Shown: piece by piece, positions 38,720 through 51,230 of the stretch
Position numbering within the stretch: position 1 is the stretch's first letter
Layout: every line of letters begins with the position of its first letter
Notes under the pieces: generated by a model
Databases searched by the model: none
The model's input: the letters and a program-made list of their open reading frames with translations, nothing else
Told to the model about the DNA's origin: nothing
Assembly (NCBI GenBank): GCA_976551045.1
Contig: CDPCPM010000056.1
Span: forward strand, 29,822,001 to 29,886,000
Direction: 5' to 3'
Length of the DNA stretch: 64,000 nucleotides
Source of the DNA: Glaucostegus cemiculus
Taxonomy: Eukaryota
Program-made: the position numbers and the translations under genes

Positions 38720-39150
38720 ATTCTCAATAACGGGATTTGGTAAATGCAGTGTTATAGAAATATACCTTCTACCTCAGGGATCTGAGATTCAGTACAGCCC
38801 AGGCCAAGAAGAATAAAGGAAAGATCCACATTTTACAATGCCTTTTATGATCTCAGAACTCCTCAAAGTGATTTACAGTCATTTGATTATTTTTTGAGCT
38901 GTTGTCACTTTTGCAATGTGTAAAAATGAAAATCAACTACTCTGATAGGTATCAGAATTTTTACATGAAATACGTCTTGGGCCATTTACAATATACTTCC
39001 TCATGAGTGAGGCATCCCAGTACTAACTGAGTGAAAAAGCCAGATTAGCTGGATCAAGACACAAAGATCACTAACATGGAAACTAGAAACAGAGTTAAGG
39101 CGTATAAGTGAGGCACCACAGAGGGGCATGGTGCTAGCAATGAGTAAAAG
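38720..39150 (+). mobile_element. LF-SINE-like ancient SINE, interrupted at about 38829-38937
   Basis: gggatttggtaaatg...ccttctacctcagggatctgagattcagtacagcccagg matches the LF-SINE head; similarity resumes at tctgatagg...tacatgaaata after the insert. Confidence 0.5.
38829..38937 (-). mobile_element. Deu-domain SINE (SacSINE1/AmnSINE1-like) 3' tail
   Basis: ttttacaatgccttttatgatctcagaactcctcaaagtgatttacagtcatt...tttgagctgttgtcacttttgcaatgt resembles the reverse complement of the DeuSINE 3' end. Confidence 0.6.
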
Positions 39151-40719
39151 AACATCACAAATTATTCCAGTCCTAAAACTGACAATCCACAACAAATTTA
39201 AATGTAGTATTCAATCACTACTGATTTTTTTTCTTTTCAATGAGCTCAATGGATCTTGCTAGCCTTACCAAATTGTTCATTTTCCACTTTAACCCATTTA
39301 AAGGGGCACTATTACCTCGAGGGCAAACTTTGATGTATTCCAAGCTGAAGGGACAGCTCCCTCGAATACAATAGTGTTGGTCAGCAGGGTTAGTTCATGC
39401 TATATGCAAGATCAGCAGCAACAGCACCAGGCTTTGCAACGAGATCTCCCTTCCACAATTTTTAATTAAATTTCAAAAATCTCAAGGACCAGGCACCATG
39501 ATGTCAATGCACACACCTCCATTTATAAATCTGCTAACATGTCTTGGAAGACGCATTAGCAAGTATCAATGGGTTCTTTGAAGACAAACAGAGGTTGGCT
39601 AGGTTCCCAGATCCACTGAAAGGGATGAGAGCTTTGGCATAGTTGCTGGCCAAGACAGGATGAAAAGGGTTAAGAAACAATTCATCAGTCTTGATAATGA
39701 AATATAAACATACTATTCGGCACAGCTTGTTTATGAATAACAACTACGTGCAAAACTGGACCCGTTCACTTCCATTTCAAATAGGCCTTGCAAAAACTTA
39801 GGTTTACATTTTACGACCAAAGACTGACTGCACATTCTCAAAAAAAAATGAACAGAGCAGTAACAGTTAATCCCATACTAAGGTAGATCAAAGGAGTTCA
39901 TTTAATATATTTTGTTTTTTATTCCATGGTATTATTTCTGCAACTGTCCGTTCACTGGGAATGATTGTTTTACTGTTAAATAAAATTGCTAAATTTAGCC
40001 TATTGTCAGCACTATTGAAAAACATATTTACAATTTAAAAAAAATCTCAATATGCCTGTAAAATATATATTGTATTAGAATCAACTGCGAATTGTTAGAA
40101 AAAAAATAGAAACAGCAAAAATGCAGTCTTTCAAAATGTTTTTCTGAAATCCTTGTCCCTTAAGCTGTTTCCCATTTCAGAGCCACGTCTTTATCCTGAA
40201 ATGTGATTGTCCTCTAGGTTAATTTTTTCAATTTTTGAGGCATGGTTTTGATTTTATATTCAAAACTATAAATCAGGGTTGGCTGTGGATGTCAACACAG
40301 AATGTTCTGTTTAAGGATTTAAATGTGCATTCTACTGTGCTGAAGGAGCTTTTTATTCCACTACCTAAAACATTGTTGTTGTCATTAAAGGAAATAAAGC
40401 TGCTTTTCCCAAAACCTGGTGAACAATGCTTATTTTAAATTTAAAGATGGCAAATAAGTCTCCAATTTTTAATGAAGCAGAAGTTTGCAACATCAAATAT
40501 CATGTTGGCAGCCAGTCTGTGACAGTACCGCAGGGTCTTCCGACAGCTGAGTGTTATCTGTCCTTCCACGCACACCCTCTTCATCTCTCTTTCTTCCTGG
40601 CCCACATTCACGCTATCCAGATGGACCATCAGTTTCAAACCCATGCCAACATCATCAAGAACAGCTTGCACGATGTTTGGGGAAAACAAAGATGATGGAT
40701 TAAGTATCAGATGTGATGT

Positions 40720-40758
40720 GGGGGTGGCTGGTGGGGAGGGGGTGGGGTGGGTATGGGT

Positions 40759-40789
<31 letters not shown>
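40720..40789 (+). repeat. G-tract run followed by (GT)14 microsatellite
   Basis: ggggagggggtggggtgggtatgggtggg, then GT repeats at 40761-40789. Confidence 0.9.
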
Positions 40790-43700
40790 ACTATGACTTT
40801 GAGCTTAAATGTAACTTTGAATCTTTGCTTTTGAAGCCTGTTTTACTGGAAAAATAAGTGCTTAAATTGGAGCAGGAAAGCTGGAATGGATGCCCAATGT
40901 AAATTATTAGATTGGAGCCTTTAGTCCAACCCAATTTTTAATAAAGTTCAGCCAAACTTATTACAATGATAGCAGTTTAAACACTTACAAAATTAAAAAG
41001 TCAAAACTACCTTGGAGCGACATGATAGCATTTAGAATACTTACATATTATTATGTATTCTGCTTAAATTAATTAAAAAGTCAACTTTTACTATATAATC
41101 TTGGAGTAATAACAGAAACATAAAAGTAAATAATTCATATTATTGTATTACCTTTTCCCCCATTCATCTTCAGGTTGTATTTTGTGACATAGCAAATAGG
41201 CCTGACAACTAGAAGCCTCAAACATGATCTGACAGCTTATATAACACTCAGGAATCTCTGAATATTTTGCTGGCGATTATATTCTGAAGACATTTCACAT
41301 CAAGAATGTTTGTCCAGCATACTTTCTTTCCTTAATAAACAAAGTTGAACATTATGATCAAAGTCAAAATGAGTTTTGTTGTAAACTAAGCTAACTGTGA
41401 GAATTGTAAGAGTGGGCAATTCCTGTAAGGGTTTAATTCTAATCTTATTGTGGGGGATAAAGGATTACAGGAAACTAACAACAGTGAGAAACAGTTTGGA
41501 ATGTTAACTTTATTCAGAGAAAATGAACAGTTTAGAGTAATACAAAGACCTCATCCCAATATTCTGCTAACGCTGATGAGCTAAATTTAAGGTATTCAGG
41601 AAACAGTCAGAGAGAGAGAGTAATTTGGGAAATTAAAACATTCCAGAATTAAAAGATTTTACCACTTCTTCCCCTGATTCAGAAAATTACTGCAACATTT
41701 TTACATTGGCAACTGCAGATTAAAAGGCAAAGGAAAAACTTTGCCCGAGAGGGCTGCATGCACTGTATACATCAATTGTTTATGCAAGATTTCTGACAGT
41801 GGCTCAGTGTTAGGATCTAAACATTAGCTTTTTTGAAATCCCTTTTTTTCCACTTTCTCCAGTACAGGAACTCAGTTATATATGTGCCATACAAATAGGA
41901 CTGTAGTCAAAACTGTAACATATACATATATTTCTATTTAACTACACTTAAAACACATTTGCTATTTATCTGAATTACAGAGTATTCCAGACATTTCATC
42001 TATGAGGCTGACACACAATAGCAAAGAATCTTATTACAAAATGTGTGTTATATCTTGAAATAGAAACACACTAATGATACCAATCATGGATGATTTATAA
42101 AAGCATTCCTGATAAAAATCTTAACTTCAAGAAATGCAATGTATGAATCTCACATTGTAAAAAAAGGCATTAGAAAATATTTCCCTACTGCCTTGCGTAC
42201 CCATTCCAGGGTTACTCTCGCACAGCTGGATTATGTCTGAGGTCTGCTCTTTCTTCTGCTTAAGCCACAGAATACAGTACAGGGAAGCTGTACGAAACAA
42301 ACAGCAATAGTGTGGCCCATACAAGAGAGTTTCTTTTAAAAAAAACTTAACTTTAAATAAAAGATCTACATCAAACTTAAAAGTAACTAAGCCCTTGAAA
42401 TTTTGAAAAGAAAGCAGGAGCAAAGAAAACAAAATGGGAAGATAAAGCAATACAAACAATTACCAAAAATAGCCGAGGCACCGCTGCACTAGTTCGTTTT
42501 ATTTAATTGAGAATTTCATGAAAAAATCCCTCATTATTTTTCCACAAAATAATACCCTACATTCCATAGATTGCAAACCTAAAAACTTCATAAATGCATG
42601 CAGCAATTATCCAAGTTTTTATTTTTGGATATAAAGTGCTAACAACGTGGCTCAAAGCATTCAGAAGCAGCTCGATGCAATGAGTGAACAATTAAACTGC
42701 ACACATCAATTCAAATAAAGAACCTATTCAGTTTTTACCACAGATTTTAAAATAAATGCAAGAAAGCAATTACACAAAGCTATCTTAGCTCCAAGTTAAC
42801 TAACAAGGAATCATTGTCAATAAAAAAATATTTAGATAAGGAGATTAATATATAAATGTACCATTAAAACAGAGTCTATTTAAGATAAGTGATTGTGAAG
42901 TTATGTTCCCGTAATCTATGGAATGCCTTGGCACATACATAAATCATATTACACTACCCACTTATTATTAGATATTCTAACCTAGTGTAGATGTTTGGAT
43001 GAAATAAAATAAATAATTGTGCAAAAATAAGATATCAAATACAGTTGGTTGAACAACTTAAGTCCTTTTCTGTGAAAAATAGTTAACATCACACACCCAT
43101 GTCAATGGGAATTGTGATCCACAAAACAGCTTTTACCAGCAGATAATTTCTAGAAAAAGTACAATCCAAATGCAAGTCACATTTACTCATAAAATTAATA
43201 ATTAAATTCAGTTTAAATTGTCTTCTGGAGTCACTTCAAACACCTGCTTTTTATTATAAGCGCTGCAGAATTATTTGATTTGGTCTTTTGTTCAAAAACT
43301 AATATCAGGCCACAAAAGTAAAAGCCTCTTTGACGTAAAAGATATTTTTCACACTTGATCATCATCAATTTTAATGTTTTCTTAAATACAGTAAGTTACT
43401 GTAAACTACAAAGTACTGAAATTAGCTGATATATTTGATAGGGAACGACTATTATGTAACAGTATTCATTCAAATAAATGCAAACGGCCCCTTAAAAACA
43501 CACAATTTAAGTTTCAAATAAAAGGCATTTTACCTCCTCGTGATTCAGATTAATTTCCTCAGCCTATCTTTTAAAACTATCATCAGAAAATTCTAGAAAG
43601 TAAATTAAAGCTTCAGTATGTTTGAACATAGTTTGAACAGCAAATACCTGCTGATTAGTTAGGGGAAGAAATCAGATTAGTCTTTCTCTGAAGGTGAACA

Positions 43701-46700
43701 ATGCATTAAATGGAAAAGACAACTCACTGCTTCAATTAAACAAATTAACAAAATTACTTTGTACTTGTAACTATCTCAGGCAGATACGTGAATTATGACA
43801 AGTTGCAGTGAAAATTGGAATATCAATTCCCCTTCATGTCAAATACAAGTTCTTTTTGATTTCAATTATGGATGCTATGGAAAAGCTTGAGAAACAAATA
43901 ATGTGTAAGCCTGTAATTAGCAAATAATGGAGAATTCTGTGGAAATGACCCATAAACTCAAAGGTTCGGACAGTCTATAATACCTCCACTTCAAATCAGA
44001 TGGATTATGTCCAATGTTGTGACACTCAAGTAACATAAAAGATCCTGTTGACTGAACCCACATCCCTTCTCTGTGGCCTCTTTATTGAAAATTAGTAAAA
44101 GAAAATAAACATTTTTGAAAGCCAAAAATATTATTTAAAGAAGTACTATTTACCTGAAAGTTTCAAAAGCCAACAAAGGTGTTTAGCCTGGTGTTTCCAA
44201 AACATTGGATTATATCAAAATGAGCATGCTTAAATAAATGTGTATAAATGCACAAGGTTGAAGAACGATAATACATTTTATATTTTCTTTACTGCATCAG
44301 AATTCAATCCCTAAGTACATCTTGCTAAATGCATTATGAAAAGAATTAAAACATTTCATTCTTCTTTGAAATAAATATGAGCTGCTTTTTTGAGAAAATT
44401 TATCAACTTTTCCTCCATGGACAAACAGCAAATGTAAAGGGTTAAATGAATACACTTTCAAAACTTTAAAAAGTGGTCAGGATGTGAAGAGCATTAGGGC
44501 TTTAGAATCATTAATGTATGAAATTGAAAGGTAGGTGGGAGGGAGAAGAGGTAAGGAGCATGTTATTTCAACCACGTTGGTATCGGATGCGATTTTTTTT
44601 GTTTTCATTGCTTTTCATTTAATCTTCCTGTTTGCAAAATGTTTCATCCATTCATTCAATTTCATAATTACAGAACACCCAAAATGATCTTAAACTTATT
44701 TTGCATCCTGCAAGGAATACATTCTCTTTTTTCCACATTTACAAGAATAGTCACTCCAATTTAGATTTTTTTATTCTGTCTCAATAAATATTGTTCTGAC
44801 CTAGATCAGATTTTTTGTGCTCCAAGTCACACTCACCATGTACACAACATACCAATCTACACCTACATATACCATGAAGTTACCAAGTAGAAAATATGCC
44901 TCCTGCAAAAAAACTAAACAAGTGTGTACTGTCTTGATTTGTTCTGATTACAATTAATTTTGTGCTGTATGTGTGACTGAGATATAATAAATAGCAGTGA
45001 AAAATAAAAGCTGAAAATTGCTGGAATTGTTTTCTCCCACATTTCAATTGATGAACCTTTTTATTTTGTATTTAAATAAACACAAAAATAACAAATTTGA
45101 AGATGCGCAGCTGTTAAACTATCAGTAACCACATGTTTGTTATTAAATTCACCTTAAAAATCAAAATTACCTTTACACAAACACAATAGCTTGGCAGTAA
45201 AATACTTTTTTTCTCTTATGAAGTTTAGTATCCATCAGAATGTCAAAAAATCTACATGAATAGTGAGTAGAAACTAAAATTAATATGCTCAATGCAGGGA
45301 ATCTAACCTCATTAAAGGTTAATTGTGCATCTTCTTAAAAAAATAAAAATATAATCTCTCTTCTCCCTTCTCAGCATTCATTAGGCTGAAATGGAAATTT
45401 AATGATATGCGCTGTACATTTTGGCAAACAAAACAAAGACAGCAGAACAAGGCTCACTGTTTTTTTTATTTTTATCGCTGCATAGTGCTAACTTTTCCAA
45501 AAAAAAATTCTTTAGGCTGTATTTATACTGACTTCACTGTATTTCATTGCATTACTAACACAAACGTCACAATTTTGTGTGTGTTTTATTCAATAGATTT
45601 ACACCTGCTGCAACGCAGATCAAAAGCTAGACTGCAAATAGTATAGGCCAAAGCTGTGTTCCTGGTTAGAAAACGTAGAAAGGCAAACTGGCATCATTTC
45701 TTTTATAAAGGGTATATCAAAGATGAAGTAAAGTTGGGCATAAAATCAAAAACACCATTTTTGCTTTCCAATATTTACACGAGAATCTATTCATTTCTAT
45801 CAGATAATGCATTAAAAAAACTACAAAAAGCATTGGTAGCATTAATTTTCCAACATCTGATCTATTTTTTTAAAAAAGTATCGTATTCATTTTTCACAGT
45901 ATTAGAATCCATATCTCGTATTATTTTCTACTAAGTGAAGTCCTTTATTAGAAACATTTTAGGTGCAGTTTACTGTGCATCAGAAACTCAGTCATAATAA
46001 ACATGCACCAGGAACTTTAAAAGGAATTATTTTTTCCCTTTATATTGTTTTTTTTAGATCATAGGTTAGCGAACCCACAATTGCTCAAGGGGACTAAGTA
46101 ATCAAAATTGCTACATTTGGAATCACCCCCATTGTTGAAATTTTATAAGATTCAACAGTAGAAGTGTCAAAAACATTACTACAGACCAATGCCACAAAAA
46201 GTTCTACTGTCTCTATTAGGGCTTCTGCAAAAATTGATGAAAATACATATCTTGGTTTCTGAGTCCTTGTAGTCAACATTTAAGTGATACCTTTTAAGTG
46301 ATGCAATCTTAAAATCCAAGGCAGATTAAAATGATCTTCAAAAATATTTTAACACTTACTGGACATAATCACAGCTGCTTACAACAATAGGGATCACAAA
46401 AACCTTCACAATGAGAACGGATAGAAATGCTATTAATGACTCTCTCCCTTTTTTGGAAAAAATGAATATCAGAAAATCTGCTAATACAAAATTCAAAAAT
46501 AGTTTTGCTTAGATCCACTTAAAATATTAAATCCAACTCATTACTTAAATATTCAAATTAATTGATAGTTATAAAAGAACAGGTCATTCTATGCTTATAG
46601 TTTTAACAATCATTAAAATACAGCTGTTGCTCTTAAATTTGCTAAATCCCATTTAAAAAAAAAGGATAGGCTATAGAAAGTGGAGGGGCATTCCTAAAAC

Positions 46701-49700
46701 CAAAGCAAAATAAATCTGAGAATCCAAGAATTTTTAAAATCCAGCACTTATTAAAACAAAACTTTAAAATTATGAAACCAAAGCAGAGGAAGATAAACTG
46801 TAGCCTATTGTTAACTAAACCAACATCTAAACCAACCAAAAACTAATTTTGTATCCAGAATTAGTATTTATTAGAGCAGATTACAGAGTCATTGCTTTCC
46901 CAAGTTGTGATTTTGCTGGAGAGTTCAGTGAGTCATCACAATACTGCAAAGAATAATTCAGTTAAGTTTTCTTCCTATCTTCATTTTGAAAGAACAGGAG
47001 AGCCTACAAATTTAAAATTGTGCCAAATATTTTAACCAGCTACCTGTCTGGCTATTTCCAGATCTCATCATTGAGCAGTTTTGGTTTTGTGGAAATTAAT
47101 AATTTGTTACACTGTTAAAAGAATTGATTTTACTGAAATATTCAAAGTCCATTGGTTGAGATGAGTTGAGGTTATACTTGACTTAATCCATATTGTACAC
47201 AATGTGTAAACTTATGAAAGACAATAATGTGATTTGACCAATATAGTACTGGCACTACTACTTAAGATTGCTGACTTATATTTCTTTTACTGATGCTCCT
47301 TCTGTGATACTATATATGCACAAAGCAGATACTAAAAATCTGTATCATGTGCAGTAGAACAAGATATGCAATGAGAAGGTTAACAGTGATTAGCCATCAC
47401 CCGATTAGTTGTTTGTTTCCTCATCAGCAACTCCCAAAGGAATGTCCTCATTGTGCGCAGATTTATATACAATAAACAAGATTGCTTTTTAAATTTAAAA
47501 TGTACATCCATAAAGTTTCTTTGTAGCCAGAGCATGACTACTGATATATCCTTGTACAAAGAGGAATCACAGCCATGATCTCCTGCACTATGAAGTCAAC
47601 CTAACTTTAACACCTCCCAAGCTGAAACCCAGCCTGAGAATCCTTTATCCAGTCTTTCACAGCCCATTGTGATCAGTCAAAATAGGATTCTTTCATGTGA
47701 GCTTTACAAAATTGAATTATAATTTGATGAAATGTTTCACCTGTACCTTTTCTCTAAATTTCACTGCCTGAAGTGTTTTGATCTAACAGTTAAGAATGCC
47801 TTTAAGACATGACATCATAATATTAATGAGATTGTGTCTGGAAAGCATAATTAATTATAGGTCATGGGTACCTAATTAGATCTAATGGATTTACGGTACT
47901 TAACTGCCCCTTGGAATGATTTATGTATGCTATATGAAAGCACTGATATTTTATAAAAGGCTATTATCAATAGTTCTACAATTTCTTTCCTTGCTGCGGA
48001 CATGCGTAAAAAAACAGGCCCCATCTTGGGGACATATTTTCTTAACGACTCAGTTCATAAACTGAACATAAATTAGACAGTTGAAAATTGTTCATCCCTC
48101 TTCTCCAAACCATGGCATGTTTGACTTAGGGAGGAGAAGAGGGTTGGGGATTTGGTGGGCACAGGAGTGGTAAGGTGGTGGCTGCCAATTAAAACTAAGA
48201 GAGGAAACTATTACATACCATTTCTTTGAGTATTTTTGTCCTTTTGATTGCAGGAAAAAAAGATGAAGTAAAACAGAATATCTAAAACACAGGTCAAGTA
48301 ACACACAAACCTCTTTTCTTTTCAACAATCTGCAAGTAATGACATAGAAAATGAAAAGCAAAATGCAAAGTTCACACAGAATTACTATGTGCTGTGTTGA
48401 AGCCAGCCCATCTTTTATTTAAAACTCAACTGTATGACTTTAGAAATTAAGTAATTCCCATCTACCATTAAAGGATGCAATGCAGTTGTAATTTTCAGCA
48501 GATGAGTGGATTAAGCACAATCTTCATAGAATACACTTGCCATATTTATGAAATTATAGCTTTTTTAATTTTTTTGTCATTTTGCTTTCAATTTATAAAG
48601 AATAATGTAGCATTGATACTTGTACTCAGATTACACCAAACATTTTGACCTATAAGGCTATTTCCTATCTTATTATTGAGTAGTTTCATTTGGTTGAAAT
48701 ATTAGTATTCTATTACCATGTTAAAATGACTTAAGTAAAATATTTAAAGCCTATTGTTAGTTGAGATGCTTTGTCTCATTCCTTTCTCAACTCCACCATT
48801 TATTTATGTGCACCTCTTCAATGAGGCTAAAGCATAAACTGGGTTCATCAGTTATGGACCAACTCAGGATAGCTAAGGTTAAACTGACCAGTTAACATCT
48901 AACATATTAACAGGATAATTTTTCATTGGACTGAAAAAGAATAAAGCCAGTTTTCCAAAAACTTTGTTGGCAATGATATCAAGAGAATGCTGGCATGTGT
49001 CCAAACATATACGTACAAATCAGTGAGAGTGGAGGTTGGACAGTAATTGTGCCTTTTTTTTGTCAAAGTTATTCCAACTAAAACATAAATGGCAACTTCC
49101 AATGAAAAGAAACAACAAATTAAAGATAATTATGTCTTTCCTTCATTAAAAAAAACAAAACAAAAATTACAGGCAATAACCCAAGGCTATTATCAAAGTG
49201 GAGTGAATAATTAATGTTTACATTTTCTTTTCTCTCAGTTTGTATAAGCAACCTTCTTTTTTGCAAATATATATTAAAAAAATGTGTGAACCAATCTTAT
49301 TGGTACCTTAGCCATTAATGTCCTGCAAATCTTGAATCTCAAGTGACTTATGTCAATTTTCCTGAGAATAGACCACAATGATTTAAGTGTTTGCAGACAG
49401 CCTTTTGTTCTGCTGACTTTAAATAAAAGTAATTGAAACTGCCAAGTGTATGGTAATCTCAAATCCAATTTGAGCACAAATCTTAACATTTTAAGTGCCT
49501 TAGGTCTGAAGGACAGAATTCCATTCCTTAAACGTCCTATTCTATTACCGGGTTTTTATGGCAAAATGGTTACTCTTAAAACTTCTTTTTACTTAGAAAC
49601 TGCAATAGTTTTTGTAATTAGTCATAAAAAGCAAGGATAAAAAAAAACATAAATTAACTCTAAAATTACCCTTTGAAATGTCAATAACCAATAGAATATA

Positions 49701-49774
49701 CAATGATCAGCAAGATATGATAAGCCTGTTCATTTATGTGTTGAATGGTCACTTGAATCATGAGATAATTGTCA

Positions 49775-49900
49775 CCTCACACTGGAGACCAAGAAGCATT
49801 AGTTATGGAATCAGTGCACCAGTGGAGCTATTACCTATCATAAATTAAACTGAGACTCTGACAGTCTTTTCAAGTGAATAGAAAAGATCCTATGGTTTTA
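49775..49900 (+). mobile_element. Deu-domain SINE fragment
   Basis: ttaaactgagactctgacagtcttttcaagtgaatagaaaagatcctatgg resembles the Deu core ttaaaccgaggccccgtctgccctctcaggtggacgtaaaagatcccatgg. Confidence 0.55.
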
Positions 49901-50009
49901 TTAGAAAACAATAACACATTAGCAGATAGAAAACTCCCACTTTTTCTGCTAGTATCTATATTGTTTTAAGATCATTGACATGAAGTTAAAATTCAATGTG
50001 CCTTCCAAG

Positions 50010-50397
50010 TTTTTTTTTTAGTTTTTCATTCACAGGATATGGGCATCACTGACAATGCCAGCTTTCAACGTCTATCACTAATTGATCCTGAATGAGAAAA
50101 TAGTTAAATCAACCACTTTGGTGGCTCTGGACCCACATTTAAGACACACTGAGTAAGGATGAGAGATTTCCTTCCCTAAAGGATATCAATGAATAAGATG
50201 GTTTTGATAACAATCTAATCCAGGAGATCCATGGTTACAGTTATGGGAACCAGCTTTTGTCTTGGAATTCTAAATTTATATAAGAATCTTTAATTTTGTA
50301 ATAAACAGATATCCAGGTGGGATGTGAAACCATCTCTGGATCAACAATTCAAAATCCTGGATGTTAAGTCCAGTAACCTACATCATTGCAGCCCAAC
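50010..50397 (-). mobile_element. tRNA-like-headed SINE with A-rich tail, sharing its head with the LINE at 33005
   Basis: Reverse complement gives ggttactggacttaacatcca...atcctttagggaaggaaatctctcatccttac...gctggcattgtcagtgatgcccatatcctgtgaatgaaaaa; the T run at 50010-50019 is the tail. Confidence 0.75.
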
Positions 50398-51002
50398 ATT
50401 ACTTGTACTAAATTCCATTTCCTGCCACTTAAATGGTTAGCTCACCCGACTATTTCTTTTCAGCAATACACTTAAGGTTACACCTGCACACAGCAACAAA
50501 AAAAATTGTTTGGCTTAACATACTGATACTATTATCAAATCTCCAACCATGACATTTATATCGGCTTTCTCAGCTGAAGAGAATCAACAGACTCCCATAG
50601 CTATTTTAACTGGTGGCCTGAGTGAGGAAGCTGTCATGATTTTCCCAGAAGACGAGGGTTGAGAGAGATTGGGAGGACAAAAGAGATCCAAACAGTTCCT
50701 TTATTTAGAAGCTTTCTTAAAGAAAATGCATCAGAAAATGCAAGAGCATCCTCAGCTTTCTACAAAGAAAATGTAATACCCAGAAATTTACCCTGGTTGA
50801 TAGTGCAAAAATAGCATTGTATTCTGCCTTCAAAATTCGCTTCCATCTGTTTCAAAGAAGTCAAATTTCTTGCCTACACTTACCTGAGGTGTAGCAGGAA
50901 AAAACCCTGATGAAGACAGACAATTTCTGCTGCCTGGTGCATCCAGAACTTGACTAATAAACTAAATGGGCCTTACTGGAATACTGTTAGCTGAGGTGGT
51001 GG

Positions 51003-51230
51003 TGAGGGGGTCTGATTAAGATATACCTTCTAGTCCCCTCATAACTTGGTATGGACATGTCCCCAAAGTAGAGGTATCTAAAACTAGGGATCATAGGTTT
51101 AGGGTAAAGGATAAGAGATTGGGGGAATCTGAAGGAAATTATTGCTAAATTGGATTAGTTTTGATGGGTGTTTGATGGTCAGCATGGACACTGGGGCTGA
51201 AGAACCTATTTTGTTATGTACGACACTATA
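51003..51230 (+). mobile_element. CR1 ORF2 end fused to an HE1-type SINE tail
   Basis: gagggggtctgattaag...aaaactagggatcataggtttagggtaaagg (TRDHRFRV), then gatgggtgtttgatggtcagcatggac...aacctattttgttatgtacgac, similar to 17778-17843. Confidence 0.6.

Noticed and set aside
40426-40695. Overlapping ORFs on both strands (89 aa and 82 aa) in moderately GC-rich unique DNA
   Set aside because: No recognisable domain and no convincing splice sites; the length is within chance expectation
50907-50930. CTGATGA resembling a hammerhead core
   Set aside because: No stem II or GAAA follows, and there is no Penelope repeat context
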